A stretch of DNA of 64,000 nt from an uncultured Candidatus Rokubacteria bacterium (GTDB taxonomy: Bacteria > Methylomirabilota > Methylomirabilia > Rokubacteriales > DASRDR01), in contig CAWGVS010000005.1 of the NCBI GenBank assembly GCA_963826115.1, forward strand, positions 1,472,001 to 1,536,000. Reading direction: 5' to 3'. The first letter of the stretch is position 1; each line of letters opens with the position of its first letter. The translations under genes were made by a program, and so were the position numbers. Positions 30,155 through 40,360 of the stretch are shown here, one piece after another. The notes under the pieces were generated by a model. That model was not told where the DNA came from, made no database searches, and saw only the letters and a program-made list of their open reading frames with translations.

Positions 30155-30598
30155 ATGAGTGCCCAGCGACCGACCGACGTCGTCACGCTCTCCTGGCAGG
30201 GAAGCCTCCGCTTCGAGACGCGCGCCGGGGACCATACCCTCACCCTCGACAGCGAACGGCAGGCCGGGGTGTCCCCGACCCAGGCGCTCGCCGTGAGCCT
30301 CGCGGGGTGCATGGCGATCGACGTCGTCGACATCCTCCAGAAGGGGCGCTTCGCGCTGGCCGGCCTCGAGGCGCGCCTCGAGAGCGAGCGCCGGGCCGAG
30401 CCGCCGCGCTACGTCACGCGGGTGGCGCTCCATTTCGTCGTGCGGGGCGACGTCCCGGCGGACCGGGTCGAGCGGGCGATCGATCTGTCCCGGGAGCGAT
30501 ACTGCTCGGTGTGGCACAGCCTCCGGCAGGACGTCGACTTCCGGACCTCCTTCGAGATCGCGCCGGCCGCCCACAGCGATGACGTCCCCGACCGCTGA
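30155..30598 (+). CDS. OsmC family protein
   Basis: SPTQAL...LAGCMAIDV...RYCSV. Confidence 0.88.
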   Translation: MSAQRPTDVVTLSWQGSLRFETRAGDHTLTLDSERQAGVSPTQALAVSLAGCMAIDVVDILQKGRFALAGLEARLESERRAEPPRYVTRVALHFVVRGDVPADRVERAIDLSRERYCSVWHSLRQDVDFRTSFEIAPAAHSDDVPDR

Positions 30599-31406
30599 CC
30601 CGACGGCGTTTCACGCCTTCGAGCGGGCAGGCTGGGAGGCCATCCCCGGCGCCTACCAGGACGCCTTCGGCACCCTGACGGTCCAGGCCGTCGAGCCCCT
30701 CCTCGATGCGGCCCGCGTGGGCCGGGACACGCGCGTGCTCGACGTGGCGACGGGACCCGGCTACGTGGCCGGCGCGGCCGCCCGGCGCGGCGCCTCGGTC
30801 GTCGGCGTCGACTTCTCCGAGGGGATGCTCGGCGAGGCCCGCCGCCATCATCCCGCCATCGACTTCCGGACGGGCGACGCGCAGGCGCTCCCCTTCCCCG
30901 ACGCCGCCTTCGACGCCGTCGTCATGAGCTTCGGCCTCCTCCACCTCGCCCGCCCCGACCAGGCGCTCGGGGAGGCGCACCGCGTGCTGCGCCCCGGCGG
31001 CCGCGTCGGGTTCACGGTCTGGGCGAGGCCCGAGGAGGCCGTCGCCTTCGACATCGTGCTCCGCGCCGTCGAGCGCCACGGCCGTCTCGACGTGCCGCTC
31101 CCGGCGGGCCCGCCCTTCTTCCGCTTCAGCGACGCGGAGGAGTCACGCCGCGTGTTGCGGGGTCTCGGGTTCGAGGCGCCGGAGGTCACGGTCGTGCCGC
31201 AGGTCTGGCGGCTCCGCTCGGTCGACACCCTCTTCGAGCTCATGCGCGAGGGTACGGTGCGGACGGCGGGACTGCTCCGCGCGCAGACGCCCGCCGCGCT
31301 GGAGGCGATCCGCGCCGATGTGCGGGAGTCGGTTCGGGCCTATCAGCGGGGCGGGGGCGTCGAGCTGCCGATGCCCGCCGTCCTGTCCTCGGCCGCCAAG
31401 CCCTGA
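30579..31406 (+). CDS. Class I SAM-dependent methyltransferase
   Basis: VLDVATGPG, GVDFS, GDAQALPFPDAAFD and RVLRPGG motifs. Confidence 0.93.
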   Translation: MTSPTADPTAFHAFERAGWEAIPGAYQDAFGTLTVQAVEPLLDAARVGRDTRVLDVATGPGYVAGAAARRGASVVGVDFSEGMLGEARRHHPAIDFRTGDAQALPFPDAAFDAVVMSFGLLHLARPDQALGEAHRVLRPGGRVGFTVWARPEEAVAFDIVLRAVERHGRLDVPLPAGPPFFRFSDAEESRRVLRGLGFEAPEVTVVPQVWRLRSVDTLFELMREGTVRTAGLLRAQTPAALEAIRADVRESVRAYQRGGGVELPMPAVLSSAAKP

Positions 31407-31427
31407 CGCGGGGAGGGCCCGGCGGGA

Positions 31428-32546
31428 TCAGCCCGCCACGCGGCGGACGATCTGCTCGCGGTGGTAGTCCGCGTCGCCCCAGGTCGCCTCGAGGGCCTTC
31501 GCGCGCTTCACGTAGAGGTGGAGGTCGTACTCCCACGTGAAGCCGATCCCGCCGTGCACCTGGATCGCCTCGCCGCAGACCTTCCGCGCCGCGTCTCCGA
31601 CGTACGCCTTCGCCACGGAGGCGGCGAGCTCGGCGTCCTCGGCGAGGGCGTCCTGGGCCCAGGCCGCGTAGTAGGTCGCCGCGTGCGCGTTCTCGACCTC
31701 GAGGAGCATCTCGGCCAGCCGGTGGCGGATCGCCTGGAATGAGCCGATGGGCTGGCCGAACTGCTCGCGCACCTTCGCGTACTCGACCGACATCTCGAGG
31801 CACCGGCGGGCCGCGCCGAGCATGGTCGCGGCCGCCCCCACCGCGCCCCAGCGGAGGAGCCCCGCGAGGAGCGGGGTCGCCTCTCCCGGCCCGCCGACAC
31901 GCGCCTCGTGGCGGACCGGGACGCCGTCGAGCCGGACGGTGGCCCAGCGCATGCCGGGGTCCATCACCGGCACCGGGGCGACGTGGAGCCCCTCCGCTCC
32001 CGCCTCGACCATGAACAGCGCCAGCCCATCCGGACCGCGCGCGGGCACGAGAAGGACGTCGGCCACGTGCGCCCACGGCACCCACTGCTTCACGCCGGAG
32101 AGGCGGACGCCGCCCGGCGTCGGCTCGGCGCGCGTCTCGGTCGCCTCGGGGCTCCAGTCGAGCGCGGCATCGAGGAAGCAGACGGTCGCGCGCAGAGACC
32201 CGCCCGCCACCGCGGGAAGCCAGCGCGCCTGCTGCGCGGCGGTCCCCGCCGTCTCGATGGCGCGGGCGGCGACGGCCGTCTCGAGGTACGGGCCCGGGCA
32301 CGCGGCACGGCCGAGCTCCTCGAGGACGATGGCCGTCTCGACCAGGCCGAGCGCGCTCCCGCCGTGCGCCTCCGGCAGCGTGAGCCCGAGCCAGCCGAGC
32401 CGCGCCATCTCCTTCCAGAGGTCGTCCTTCTCGCCGCGCGGGTCGTCCCAGAGCGCGCGGACGCCGGCCGGCGTCGCGTGCTCGTCGAGGAAGGCGCGGG
32501 CCGTGCCGCGGAGAAGCTCCTGGTCCGGGCTGAACGCGAAGTCCAT
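31428..32546 (-). CDS. Acyl-CoA dehydrogenase family protein (shorter subunit)
   Basis: MDFAFSPDQ, REQFGQPIGSFQAI and QVHGGIGFTWEYD motifs. Confidence 0.92.
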   Translation of the reverse strand: MDFAFSPDQELLRGTARAFLDEHATPAGVRALWDDPRGEKDDLWKEMARLGWLGLTLPEAHGGSALGLVETAIVLEELGRAACPGPYLETAVAARAIETAGTAAQQARWLPAVAGGSLRATVCFLDAALDWSPEATETRAEPTPGGVRLSGVKQWVPWAHVADVLLVPARGPDGLALFMVEAGAEGLHVAPVPVMDPGMRWATVRLDGVPVRHEARVGGPGEATPLLAGLLRWGAVGAAATMLGAARRCLEMSVEYAKVREQFGQPIGSFQAIRHRLAEMLLEVENAHAATYYAAWAQDALAEDAELAASVAKAYVGDAARKVCGEAIQVHGGIGFTWEYDLHLYVKRAKALEATWGDADYHREQIVRRVAG

Positions 32547-32554
32547 CGCGCGCC

Positions 32555-33763
32555 CTACGCCCGCGCCCGGTCCGCGCGCGCTTCCTTGGGGAGCCCGAGG
32601 ACGCGCTCGCCGATGATGTTCTTCTGGATCTCCGAGGAGCCCGCGTAGATCGTCCCGGCGCGCGACCAGAGGTACGCGGTCGCCCAGGTGCCGGGCTCGC
32701 CGGACGAGGTGTCGACGCCCGTGAAGCCGTCGACGTCGCTCTCCATCGTCTGGGCCCAGGGGCCGAGGATCTCCTGGACGAGCTCGTGGTAGCGCTTCTC
32801 GAACTCGCTGTAGGAGAGCTTCGTGATGGACGCGGCGGGCCCGGGCGACTCGCCCTTCTCGAGCGCCGACAGGATACGGAGGGCGGCGTAGCGCTGGACC
32901 TCGAGGTCGGCGTAGATCCGGCCGAGCCGCCCGCGCACCGCCGGATCCTCGAGAAGCGGGCGTCCCGCTCGACGGAGCGTCCGCGCCGCCCGGAGCAGCT
33001 GGCGAAACGCCGCGGCGTAGCGGGTCACGCGGGCGAGCGAGCTCCCGCCCCGCTCGTAGGAGAGCGTGGTCTGAGCGATCTCCCAGCCCTGGCCGAGACG
33101 GCCGATCAGGTCGGCCTTGTCCACGCGCGCGTCGGTCATGAACACCTCGGAGAAGTGCGCGCTCCCCGTGATCTGGCGGAGCGGCCGCACCTCGACGCCG
33201 GGCTGGCGCATCGAGATGAGGAAGCAGGAGATCCCCTTGTGCTTGGGGACCGCGGTGTCCGTCCGCGCGAGGAGGAGCCCCCAGTCGGCGACGAGCCCGC
33301 CGCTCGTCCAGATCTTCTGGCCGTTCACCACGAAGTGGTCGCCCCGGTCCTCGGCCCGCGTGCGGAGGCTCGCGAGGTCCGACCCCGCGTTCGGCTCGGA
33401 GTAGAGCTGGCACCAGAGCTCCTCCGCGGCTAGGATCTTCCGGAGGTAGCGCTGCTTCTGCGCCTCGGTGCCGTGAACGATGATCGTCGGGCCGACGATG
33501 GCGATGCCCAGAGGGTTGATCGGCGCCGGCACGCCGGCGCGCGCCATCTCGTCCGCCACGATCGCCTGCTGGAGCGGCGTCGCGCCGCGGCCGCCGTAGG
33601 CGACCGGCCACCCCATGCCCACGTAGCCCGCGTCGTAGAGCCGGCGGTGCCAGGCGCGCCGTTGCTCGAGCGTCGCCGGCTCCTCGCGAGGGGCATTCGC
33701 CTCGAGCCAGCGACGGGTCGCCTGGCGGAACGCGAGATCCTCGGACGAGTATCGGAGATCCAT
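32555..33763 (-). CDS. Acyl-CoA dehydrogenase family protein
   Basis: WCQLYSEPNAGSDLA, NGQKIWTS and TIYAGSSEIQKNII motifs. Confidence 0.93.
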   Translation of the reverse strand: MDLRYSSEDLAFRQATRRWLEANAPREEPATLEQRRAWHRRLYDAGYVGMGWPVAYGGRGATPLQQAIVADEMARAGVPAPINPLGIAIVGPTIIVHGTEAQKQRYLRKILAAEELWCQLYSEPNAGSDLASLRTRAEDRGDHFVVNGQKIWTSGGLVADWGLLLARTDTAVPKHKGISCFLISMRQPGVEVRPLRQITGSAHFSEVFMTDARVDKADLIGRLGQGWEIAQTTLSYERGGSSLARVTRYAAAFRQLLRAARTLRRAGRPLLEDPAVRGRLGRIYADLEVQRYAALRILSALEKGESPGPAASITKLSYSEFEKRYHELVQEILGPWAQTMESDVDGFTGVDTSSGEPGTWATAYLWSRAGTIYAGSSEIQKNIIGERVLGLPKEARADRARA

Positions 33764-33837
33764 GAGCCGCCTCCCGGCCGGTCCGGCCACCCCCACGATA
33801 TGCGCGGGACGGCCGGAGCGCCAGCCGGGGCAAAGCG

Positions 33838-36285
33838 TCAGGCGGGGACGGCCTCCGAGACCGCGGAGCGCCGGAGCATCACGTCGGCGACCTCGGTCGC
33901 CGACGGGCGTCCGAAGAGGTAGCCCTGGCCCTGGTCGCAGCCGAGGCCCCGCAGCTCGGCGAGCTGCTCGGGCGTCTCGACACCCTCGGCGACGGCCTTG
34001 AGCCCGAGGGCGCGCGACAGACCGACCACGGCGCGCACGATGGCGGCGTCACCCCGGTTCGCTGGCAGGCCCGCGACGAAGGAACGGTCCACCTTCAGGA
34101 CGTCGATCGGGAATCGCTTCAGGTACCCGAGGCTCGAGTACCCGGTGCCGAAGTCGTCGATGGCGAGCCGGATGCCAATGGCCTTCAGGTGCTCGAGCGT
34201 CTTCACGGTCGCGTCGGCGTCGCCCATCGCCGTGCCCTCGGTGATCTCGACCTCCAGGCCCGAGGCGTCGAGCCCGGACTCGGCGAGCACCTGCCCCACG
34301 TCTTGCACCAGCCGCGGGTGGCGGAACTGGCGGGGCGAGAGGTTGACGGCCATGACCAGGTCGATACCGATCTCGGAGTCGGCGCGCCAGATGGACGCCT
34401 GTCGGCACGCCGTCTCGAGCACCCAGCGCCCGATCGGCAGGATGAGGCCCGTCTCCTCCGCGATCGGGATGAACGAGCCGGGAGGCACGAGGCCGCGCTC
34501 GGGATGCTCCCAGCGCACCAGCGCCTCCAGGCCGACGATCCGCGCGGTGCGCAGGTCGACCTGCGGCTGATAGTGGAGGCGGAGCTCGCCCCGGTCGAGC
34601 GCGCGGCGCAGCTCGGTCTCCATCTTGAGCCGGCCCTTCACGGTCTCGCGCATGCTCGACTTGAACACCTCGAAGCACGCGCGGCCGTTGGCCTTGGCGC
34701 GGTACATCGCGATGTCGGCGTTCCGCAGGAGCCCCTGGGCGGTGGTGCCCTGGTTTAGGCCGCCGAGCGCGATCCCGATGCTGGCCCCGATGAAGATCTC
34801 CTGGTTCTCGATCCGGAACGAGGCGCGGAACGCCTCGATGATCCGCTCCGAGACGAGCGCGGCGTCGCCGGCCGAGCCGACGTCCTCGAGGAGCACGGTG
34901 AACTCGTCGCCGCCGATGCGGGCGATGGTGTCGACGCGCCGGAGGCAGGTGCGGAGGCGCTCGGCCACCTTCACGAGGAGCTGGTCGCCGTGGTCGTGGC
35001 CCAAGTTGTCGTTGACCAGCTTGAACCGGTCGAGGTCGAGGAAGAGCACCGCAGCCGACTTTCCGCGGCGCGCGGAGCGCTCGAGCGCCTGCTCCAGTCG
35101 GTCCATGAACAGCATGCGGTTCGGCAGCCCGGTCAGCTGGTCGTGGAGAGCCCGCTGGACCAGCTGCGCCTCGAGGGACTTGTGCCGGCTGATATCGCGG
35201 GCGTTCAGGACCACGCCGCGCACACCGGACTGGTGGAGGAGGTTCGTCCCCTTCACCTCGAACCAGCGCCACGAGCCGTCGCGGTGCTGCCAGCGGAGCT
35301 CGATCGACCTGGACCCGCCCCGGTGGTCGAGGAGCTCGGTGTGGAACGTCTGCGCGCTCTGCGCGTCCGCCTCGTTGATGACGGCCCACACCGGGCTCCC
35401 GACGAGTCGATCGGGGTCGTAGCCGAGCACGGTCTGCACGGCCGGGCTCGCGTGCCGGACCGTGCCGTCCACCTCGAGGACGATGATCACGTCGGCCGCG
35501 TGCTGCACGAGCGCGCGGAATCGCTCCTCGCTGGCCCGGAGCCCCTGCTCGTCGGTCGCGAGCTTCCGGTAGGCGCGCCCGACCCGGACGACCCGGAACC
35601 CGAGCCAGCCCACCGCGGCCCCGCCCAGCCCGGCGAACAGGGCCACGCCCGTCGCGAGCGCGCGGTGCGTGCGCTCGAGCGCGCCGGCGAACACGCCGGC
35701 GGCGACGCCCGTCGCCTGGCTGACATCCTCGAGACCCGCGCGCGGCGCGACGGCGCGCGCCTGGTCCAAGCGGCCTGCGAGGAGAAGCGCGAACGCTTCG
35801 TCCACGGCCGCCTGCTGGCCCAGCACCGCGGCGCGCACGCGGCTCGAGGCCTTGGGGGTCCCGTCCACGCGCAGCATCCGGTCGAACGTACCGACGCGCC
35901 GCTCGTCGCGCTCGAGCATGTCGAGGTCAGTCGCGAGCTGCTGCTGGATCTCCCGGAGCCGGGCCGCGAACTCCGCGCCGCGACGGGGTTCGAGGATCGC
36001 CTGGCGCTTCACGTAGTGCTCCTGGGCGATGCGCTCTTCGACCCGGGCCATGGTGAGGAGCGCCCGGTGGTGGGCCGCCGTTTGCTGAACCAGGAGGAAC
36101 CCGGCGAGCCCCGTGAGACCGGCGACCCCGAGTGCGATGATGAGCGCGAGACGGCCGGATAGGTCGAGCCGCTCAGGGACGGCGTCGACGTCAGGGCGGC
36201 GCGCTTCGGCGGGCGCCTCGGCGCCCGCGGCCTTCGAGCGCCGCATCAAACTCCGGAACGGCCAGCCGCGAAGTCTCCCCTTCAC
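33838..36285 (-). CDS. Membrane PAS-GGDEF-EAL c-di-GMP signalling protein
   Basis: 2 TM segments, PAS, RxxD I-site, GGDEF, EAL and DDFGTGYSS are all intact. Confidence 0.94.
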   Translation of the reverse strand: MKGRLRGWPFRSLMRRSKAAGAEAPAEARRPDVDAVPERLDLSGRLALIIALGVAGLTGLAGFLLVQQTAAHHRALLTMARVEERIAQEHYVKRQAILEPRRGAEFAARLREIQQQLATDLDMLERDERRVGTFDRMLRVDGTPKASSRVRAAVLGQQAAVDEAFALLLAGRLDQARAVAPRAGLEDVSQATGVAAGVFAGALERTHRALATGVALFAGLGGAAVGWLGFRVVRVGRAYRKLATDEQGLRASEERFRALVQHAADVIIVLEVDGTVRHASPAVQTVLGYDPDRLVGSPVWAVINEADAQSAQTFHTELLDHRGGSRSIELRWQHRDGSWRWFEVKGTNLLHQSGVRGVVLNARDISRHKSLEAQLVQRALHDQLTGLPNRMLFMDRLEQALERSARRGKSAAVLFLDLDRFKLVNDNLGHDHGDQLLVKVAERLRTCLRRVDTIARIGGDEFTVLLEDVGSAGDAALVSERIIEAFRASFRIENQEIFIGASIGIALGGLNQGTTAQGLLRNADIAMYRAKANGRACFEVFKSSMRETVKGRLKMETELRRALDRGELRLHYQPQVDLRTARIVGLEALVRWEHPERGLVPPGSFIPIAEETGLILPIGRWVLETACRQASIWRADSEIGIDLVMAVNLSPRQFRHPRLVQDVGQVLAESGLDASGLEVEITEGTAMGDADATVKTLEHLKAIGIRLAIDDFGTGYSSLGYLKRFPIDVLKVDRSFVAGLPANRGDAAIVRAVVGLSRALGLKAVAEGVETPEQLAELRGLGCDQGQGYLFGRPSATEVADVMLRRSAVSEAVPA

Positions 36286-36569
36286 AGGCTCTCCCGAGAC
36301 ACAGAGGTTGGGCGCGGCCGGCTCGGAGCCGGGCGCCGCGGGGGATAAGGCAAGTCTCGTGCCCGGTCTAGACCCCTCGGAAACCAGTCCCGGAGCAGCG
36401 ATTGGGCCGTTCGGCCGCCTCGCACGGGTGCGTCCCTACTATAAGGAGAGGTCGGATCTGTCCGTGAGGACTGACAATCTGACGTGTGACGAAATGCCGC
36501 CGCCGCGGGCGGAAGATCGTCACAGGCGGGACGGTGAACCGGCCCGTCCAGCCCCTTTGAAGGGTCCGC

Positions 36570-37358
36570 TCAGAACGGGAGCGGGAGCCCCGGGATCCCG
36601 AGGAGGAGACCGAGCCCCCAGGCGCCGAGGGTCACGCCGACGCCGGCCGTCAGCGCCCGCCCCCTCGTGATCGCCTTCTCCACGAACATGACCGCCGCGA
36701 GCGCCAGCATCCATCCCACGCTGGCGCCGCCGACGGCAAACATCACGAGCATGAGGGCCCAGCAGCACCCGACGCAGTAGGCGCCGTGGAGCGCCCCGAC
36801 CCGGAGCGCCCGGACCGCGCGCGACCCGCCACGCCAGTGCTGGATGACGAAGCCGATCGGGGAGCGGCACTGGCGGAGGCACGAGTACTTGAGCGGCGAG
36901 AACTGGAAGAGGCCCGCCACCAGGAGGAGCGCGCCCGGGAGTCGCTCGGGCCGGGCCGCGAGCCACGCCGATCCCTCGAGGAGCCGGTGGAGGCCGAGGT
37001 CGGCGAGGAGCGCGACGCCGCCGAAGAGGGCCCACATCGCGAGATAGCCGGCGCAGAGGAGGGCGAGGAGCCCGGCCGACGCCCCGGTGATCGTGAGGAA
37101 CACCCGGACGAGGGGGAAGGCGGACGGCAGCATCATCGCCACCGACATCAGGGTCCACGCGACGAGGAAGGCGAGGACGCGCGGCCACCGGAGGACCCCC
37201 TCGTCTGCCAGGGACGCGTGCGAGAGCCACCCGCCGGGACCCGCGGCCTGGGCGAGCCCGAGCACCGCCCAGGCCGCGGCGACGAGCGCCGCCAGGACGC
37301 TCCCGTACACCCAGGGCTCCACGCGGTCCTCGGCCCGGGCGGCGAACGGCGTGGCCAC
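36570..37358 (-). CDS. DUF2182 predicted metal-binding integral membrane protein
   Basis: WTLMSVAMMLPS, QFSPLKYSCLRQCRSP and YCVGCCWALM motifs. Confidence 0.9.
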   Translation of the reverse strand: MATPFAARAEDRVEPWVYGSVLAALVAAAWAVLGLAQAAGPGGWLSHASLADEGVLRWPRVLAFLVAWTLMSVAMMLPSAFPLVRVFLTITGASAGLLALLCAGYLAMWALFGGVALLADLGLHRLLEGSAWLAARPERLPGALLLVAGLFQFSPLKYSCLRQCRSPIGFVIQHWRGGSRAVRALRVGALHGAYCVGCCWALMLVMFAVGGASVGWMLALAAVMFVEKAITRGRALTAGVGVTLGAWGLGLLLGIPGLPLPF

Positions 37359-37365
37359 GCGGAGG

Positions 37366-37980
37366 CTAGGCGGCGAACCGGAACGCGCCCTCGACCGCGT
37401 TGCGGTTCACGAACGACCACTCCATCCCGTGCTCGGGGATGTGCACCTTGTGGTAGATCGCCTTCGCCACGTACGCGGGCGAGCCCGGGATCGTGGTGAA
37501 GATCGTGTTGCTGAGGGTCGTGGGCTTCCCCTTCGCGTCGACGTAGGGCGCCATGGCCGCCTGCACCTTGTCGCCGATCTTGATCGTCCCCTTGCCCTTC
37601 TCGAGCTTGAACTGGATCGGGACGTCGTACACGCCCTTGACCTCGCCCACGAGCTTGGCGAGGTCGGCGAGGGGCCCGCCGAGCTTGCCGGTCCAGGCGT
37701 CGAGGATCGCCCGCTTCTGGGCCGGCTTCGCCTTGTTGCTCATGTAGACGACGACCTTCCAGTTCCCCTTCAGCACGTTCCCGGGGATCTGGGCAACCAG
37801 CGCGAAGGCGATCCCGCCCACGTCCACGCCCTCGATCGTCCCCTTGTCGATGCGGTACGCGAGGAAGGCGTCGCAGGTGCCGCCGTGCGGGTCGTCCCCG
37901 ATCCAGCACGGACATGGAGCGCTGCAGGAGCACGCCTCGAGGAGCGCACCCTGGACACGATACTTTGGCTTGGTAGGCAT
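37366..37980 (-). CDS. DUF1326 domain protein
   Basis: EACSCSAPCPC N-terminus; adjacent to DUF2182. Confidence 0.88.
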   Translation of the reverse strand: MPTKPKYRVQGALLEACSCSAPCPCWIGDDPHGGTCDAFLAYRIDKGTIEGVDVGGIAFALVAQIPGNVLKGNWKVVVYMSNKAKPAQKRAILDAWTGKLGGPLADLAKLVGEVKGVYDVPIQFKLEKGKGTIKIGDKVQAAMAPYVDAKGKPTTLSNTIFTTIPGSPAYVAKAIYHKVHIPEHGMEWSFVNRNAVEGAFRFAA

Positions 37981-38208
37981 CGGCCGTCCTCCATTGGTCG
38001 AGCGAGGTTGAGCAGGACACACGCGTTTCCGCCGCGAAGGACGGCGCGACTCTACCGCCGCGCCTCGCATCCCGTCAAGGCGCCCACGCGCTTGACACCC
38101 CTCGGGGCAGGCCGTATCTATGGGGGCCTGCCCACCGGGGCGACCCGCCATCTTGGCGGGCCTTGCCGTGACGACACCAAACGACCCTCGAACAGAGGCA
38201 ATACGCGC

Positions 38209-39420
38209 GTGAGCGATCGATTCGACGTGGCGGTGGTCGGCGGCGGCATCGTGGGCCTCGCCACGACCCGCGCCCTGCTGGCCGAGCAGCCCGGCCTCCG
38301 GCTGGTCATCCTGGAGAAGGAGGCGCGGCTCGCCTCGCACCAGACGGGGCACAACAGCGGCGTCATCCACTCGGGGATCTACTACAAGCCGGGGTCCCAC
38401 AAGGCGCGGCTCTGCGTCGAGGGCGCGCGCCTCATGAAGGCCTTCTGCGCGGAGCACGGCATCCGCGTGGACCCGATCGGCAAGGTCATCGTCGCCATGT
38501 CGGAGGCGGAGCTGCCGCGGCTCGACACGCTCTTCGAGCGCGGCACCGCCAACGGCGTCGAGGGGCTGTCTCTCATCGACGCGCATCGCCTTCGCGAGAT
38601 CGAGCCCCACGCGGCCGCGATCCGCGCGATCCACTCTCCCACCACCTCCATCGTCGACTACGGGGAGGTCGCGCAGACCCTGGCGCGGGACCTCCTCACG
38701 CAAGGCGTCGTCATCCGGACCAGCGCCCGCGTCACGGCGATCCGGCGGACGGGCGAGGGCTTCGATCTCTCGACCGCATCCGGGCCCGTCCAGGCGCGTC
38801 GTCTCGTGAATTGCGCCGGCCTCTACTCCGACGTCGTCGCGCGGCTCGCCGGCGCCCGGCCCGGCGTCAGGATCATCCCGTTCCGGGGCGAGTACTACAT
38901 GATCCGGCCCGAGCGCCACGACCTGGTCCGCGGCCTCATCTACCCGGTCCCCGATCCCGAGTTCCCGTTCCTCGGCGTGCACTTCACGCGCACGGTGCAC
39001 GGCGAGGTCGAGGCGGGGCCGAACGCGGTCCTGGCGTTCGCTCGCGAGGGCTACCGGTTCGGGCGGATCCACCCGCGCGAGCTCCTGGGAACGCTCGGCT
39101 ACCGCGGCTTCTGGTCGATGGCCCGGCGCTACTGGCGGATGGGCAGCTACGAGATGTACCGGTCGCTCAGCAAGGCGGCGTTCGTCGAGGCGCTGCGTCG
39201 GCTCATCCCCGACATCGGGCCGGCCGACATCACTCCCGGCGGCGCCGGCGTCCGGGCCCAGGCGGTGGCCGAGGACGGGTCGCTGGTCGACGACTTCCGC
39301 ATCGCGAGGTCAGCCGACGCGATCCACGTCCTGAACGCGCCGTCGCCGGCGGCCACCGCATCGCTCGCCATCGGCCGCCACATCGCGGGGCTCGCCGCGG
39401 AGGCGTTCGCCCTCCGCTGA
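38209..39420 (+). CDS. lhgO: L-2-hydroxyglutarate oxidase
   Basis: GGGIVG, HQTGHNSGVIHSGIYY, PFRGEYY, FLGVHFT and NAPSPAATAS motifs. Confidence 0.93.
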   Translation: MSDRFDVAVVGGGIVGLATTRALLAEQPGLRLVILEKEARLASHQTGHNSGVIHSGIYYKPGSHKARLCVEGARLMKAFCAEHGIRVDPIGKVIVAMSEAELPRLDTLFERGTANGVEGLSLIDAHRLREIEPHAAAIRAIHSPTTSIVDYGEVAQTLARDLLTQGVVIRTSARVTAIRRTGEGFDLSTASGPVQARRLVNCAGLYSDVVARLAGARPGVRIIPFRGEYYMIRPERHDLVRGLIYPVPDPEFPFLGVHFTRTVHGEVEAGPNAVLAFAREGYRFGRIHPRELLGTLGYRGFWSMARRYWRMGSYEMYRSLSKAAFVEALRRLIPDIGPADITPGGAGVRAQAVAEDGSLVDDFRIARSADAIHVLNAPSPAATASLAIGRHIAGLAAEAFALR

Positions 39421-39448
39421 CGCGCCCGCGCGGCGGCGGCGCTACGGC

Positions 39449-40360
39449 TCAGCGCGGCCGGGCGACCTCGTCGGCGAGAAAGCGCGTGACCTCCACGATC
39501 GCGTCCGCCCGCGCGGCCGGATCGGTGCCGACGGTCGCGCCGGAGTCGCCGTCGGGGCGGTTGTGGTTCTTCACCTCGGGCCGGTAGCGCACCGGCGTCG
39601 CCGGCGCGTCGAACGCGTGGTGGGCGCCGGGGTACACCTTGATCGCGATCGGCGCCCCGGCCGCGCGCGCCCGCTCGACGATCTCCGCGCACGGGGCGGC
39701 GGGCGTCCAGTCGTCGAGCGCGCCCACCAGGATGTAGAGGGGCGCATAGGGACGGAAGGCCGGCCCGCCCGGGTACTTCCGGGTGCAGTTCGGATAGAAG
39801 GCGACGGCGGCGCGGAAGTCCCGCTCGGCGCTCCCCTCGTCGAACACCACGCCAAGGGTCGCCGCGGCGCCGTTCGACCAGCCCAGGAGCCCGATCCGAT
39901 CGGCCTGGATGTCGCGGCGCGCCTGGAGGTAGCGGAGCGCCCCGCGCGCGTCGTCGGCGCGGTCGCGCGCCGGCGAGAGCATGTGTCGGCCGGTGCACAC
40001 CTCGTCGATGCCCCGCGGCGTGAAGCTGTCCACCAGCAGGGTGACGTAGCCCAGGCCGCGGAGATGGTCCGCCCAGAACCGGAGCTTGCCCTGGATGGCG
40101 CCCCCGCGCGTCCGGAGCCCCGTGCAACCGTGCATCATCACGACGGCGGGGAACGGCCCCGCGCCCTCCGGCAGGGCGAGGACACCCTCGAGCCGCGCGG
40201 GCGCCCGGCCCTCCCGCGGGTCACCCGCGAACGTCACGACCTGACCCGGGTCGCGGGCCACGGCCGGCGCAGCGGGGCGGCCCGCCGCGCCGACGACGGC
40301 GCCGCCGGCGGCGGCCAGGAGCGCGGCGAGCCAGGACACCACGTGCGGCCCTCGTCTCAC
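39449..40360 (-). CDS. Secreted dienelactone hydrolase-family alpha/beta hydrolase
   Basis: Signal peptide; HGCTG, GWSNG, DDWT and HHAFD motifs. Confidence 0.88.
   Translation of the reverse strand: MRRGPHVVSWLAALLAAAGGAVVGAAGRPAAPAVARDPGQVVTFAGDPREGRAPARLEGVLALPEGAGPFPAVVMMHGCTGLRTRGGAIQGKLRFWADHLRGLGYVTLLVDSFTPRGIDEVCTGRHMLSPARDRADDARGALRYLQARRDIQADRIGLLGWSNGAAATLGVVFDEGSAERDFRAAVAFYPNCTRKYPGGPAFRPYAPLYILVGALDDWTPAAPCAEIVERARAAGAPIAIKVYPGAHHAFDAPATPVRYRPEVKNHNRPDGDSGATVGTDPAARADAIVEVTRFLADEVARPR

Noticed and set aside
36430-36500. AT-richer stretch with TGAC repeats upstream of the GGDEF-EAL gene as a riboswitch or CRP site
   Set aside because: Only a TGTGA half-site and no c-di-GMP aptamer features. 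It is most simply a promoter region.
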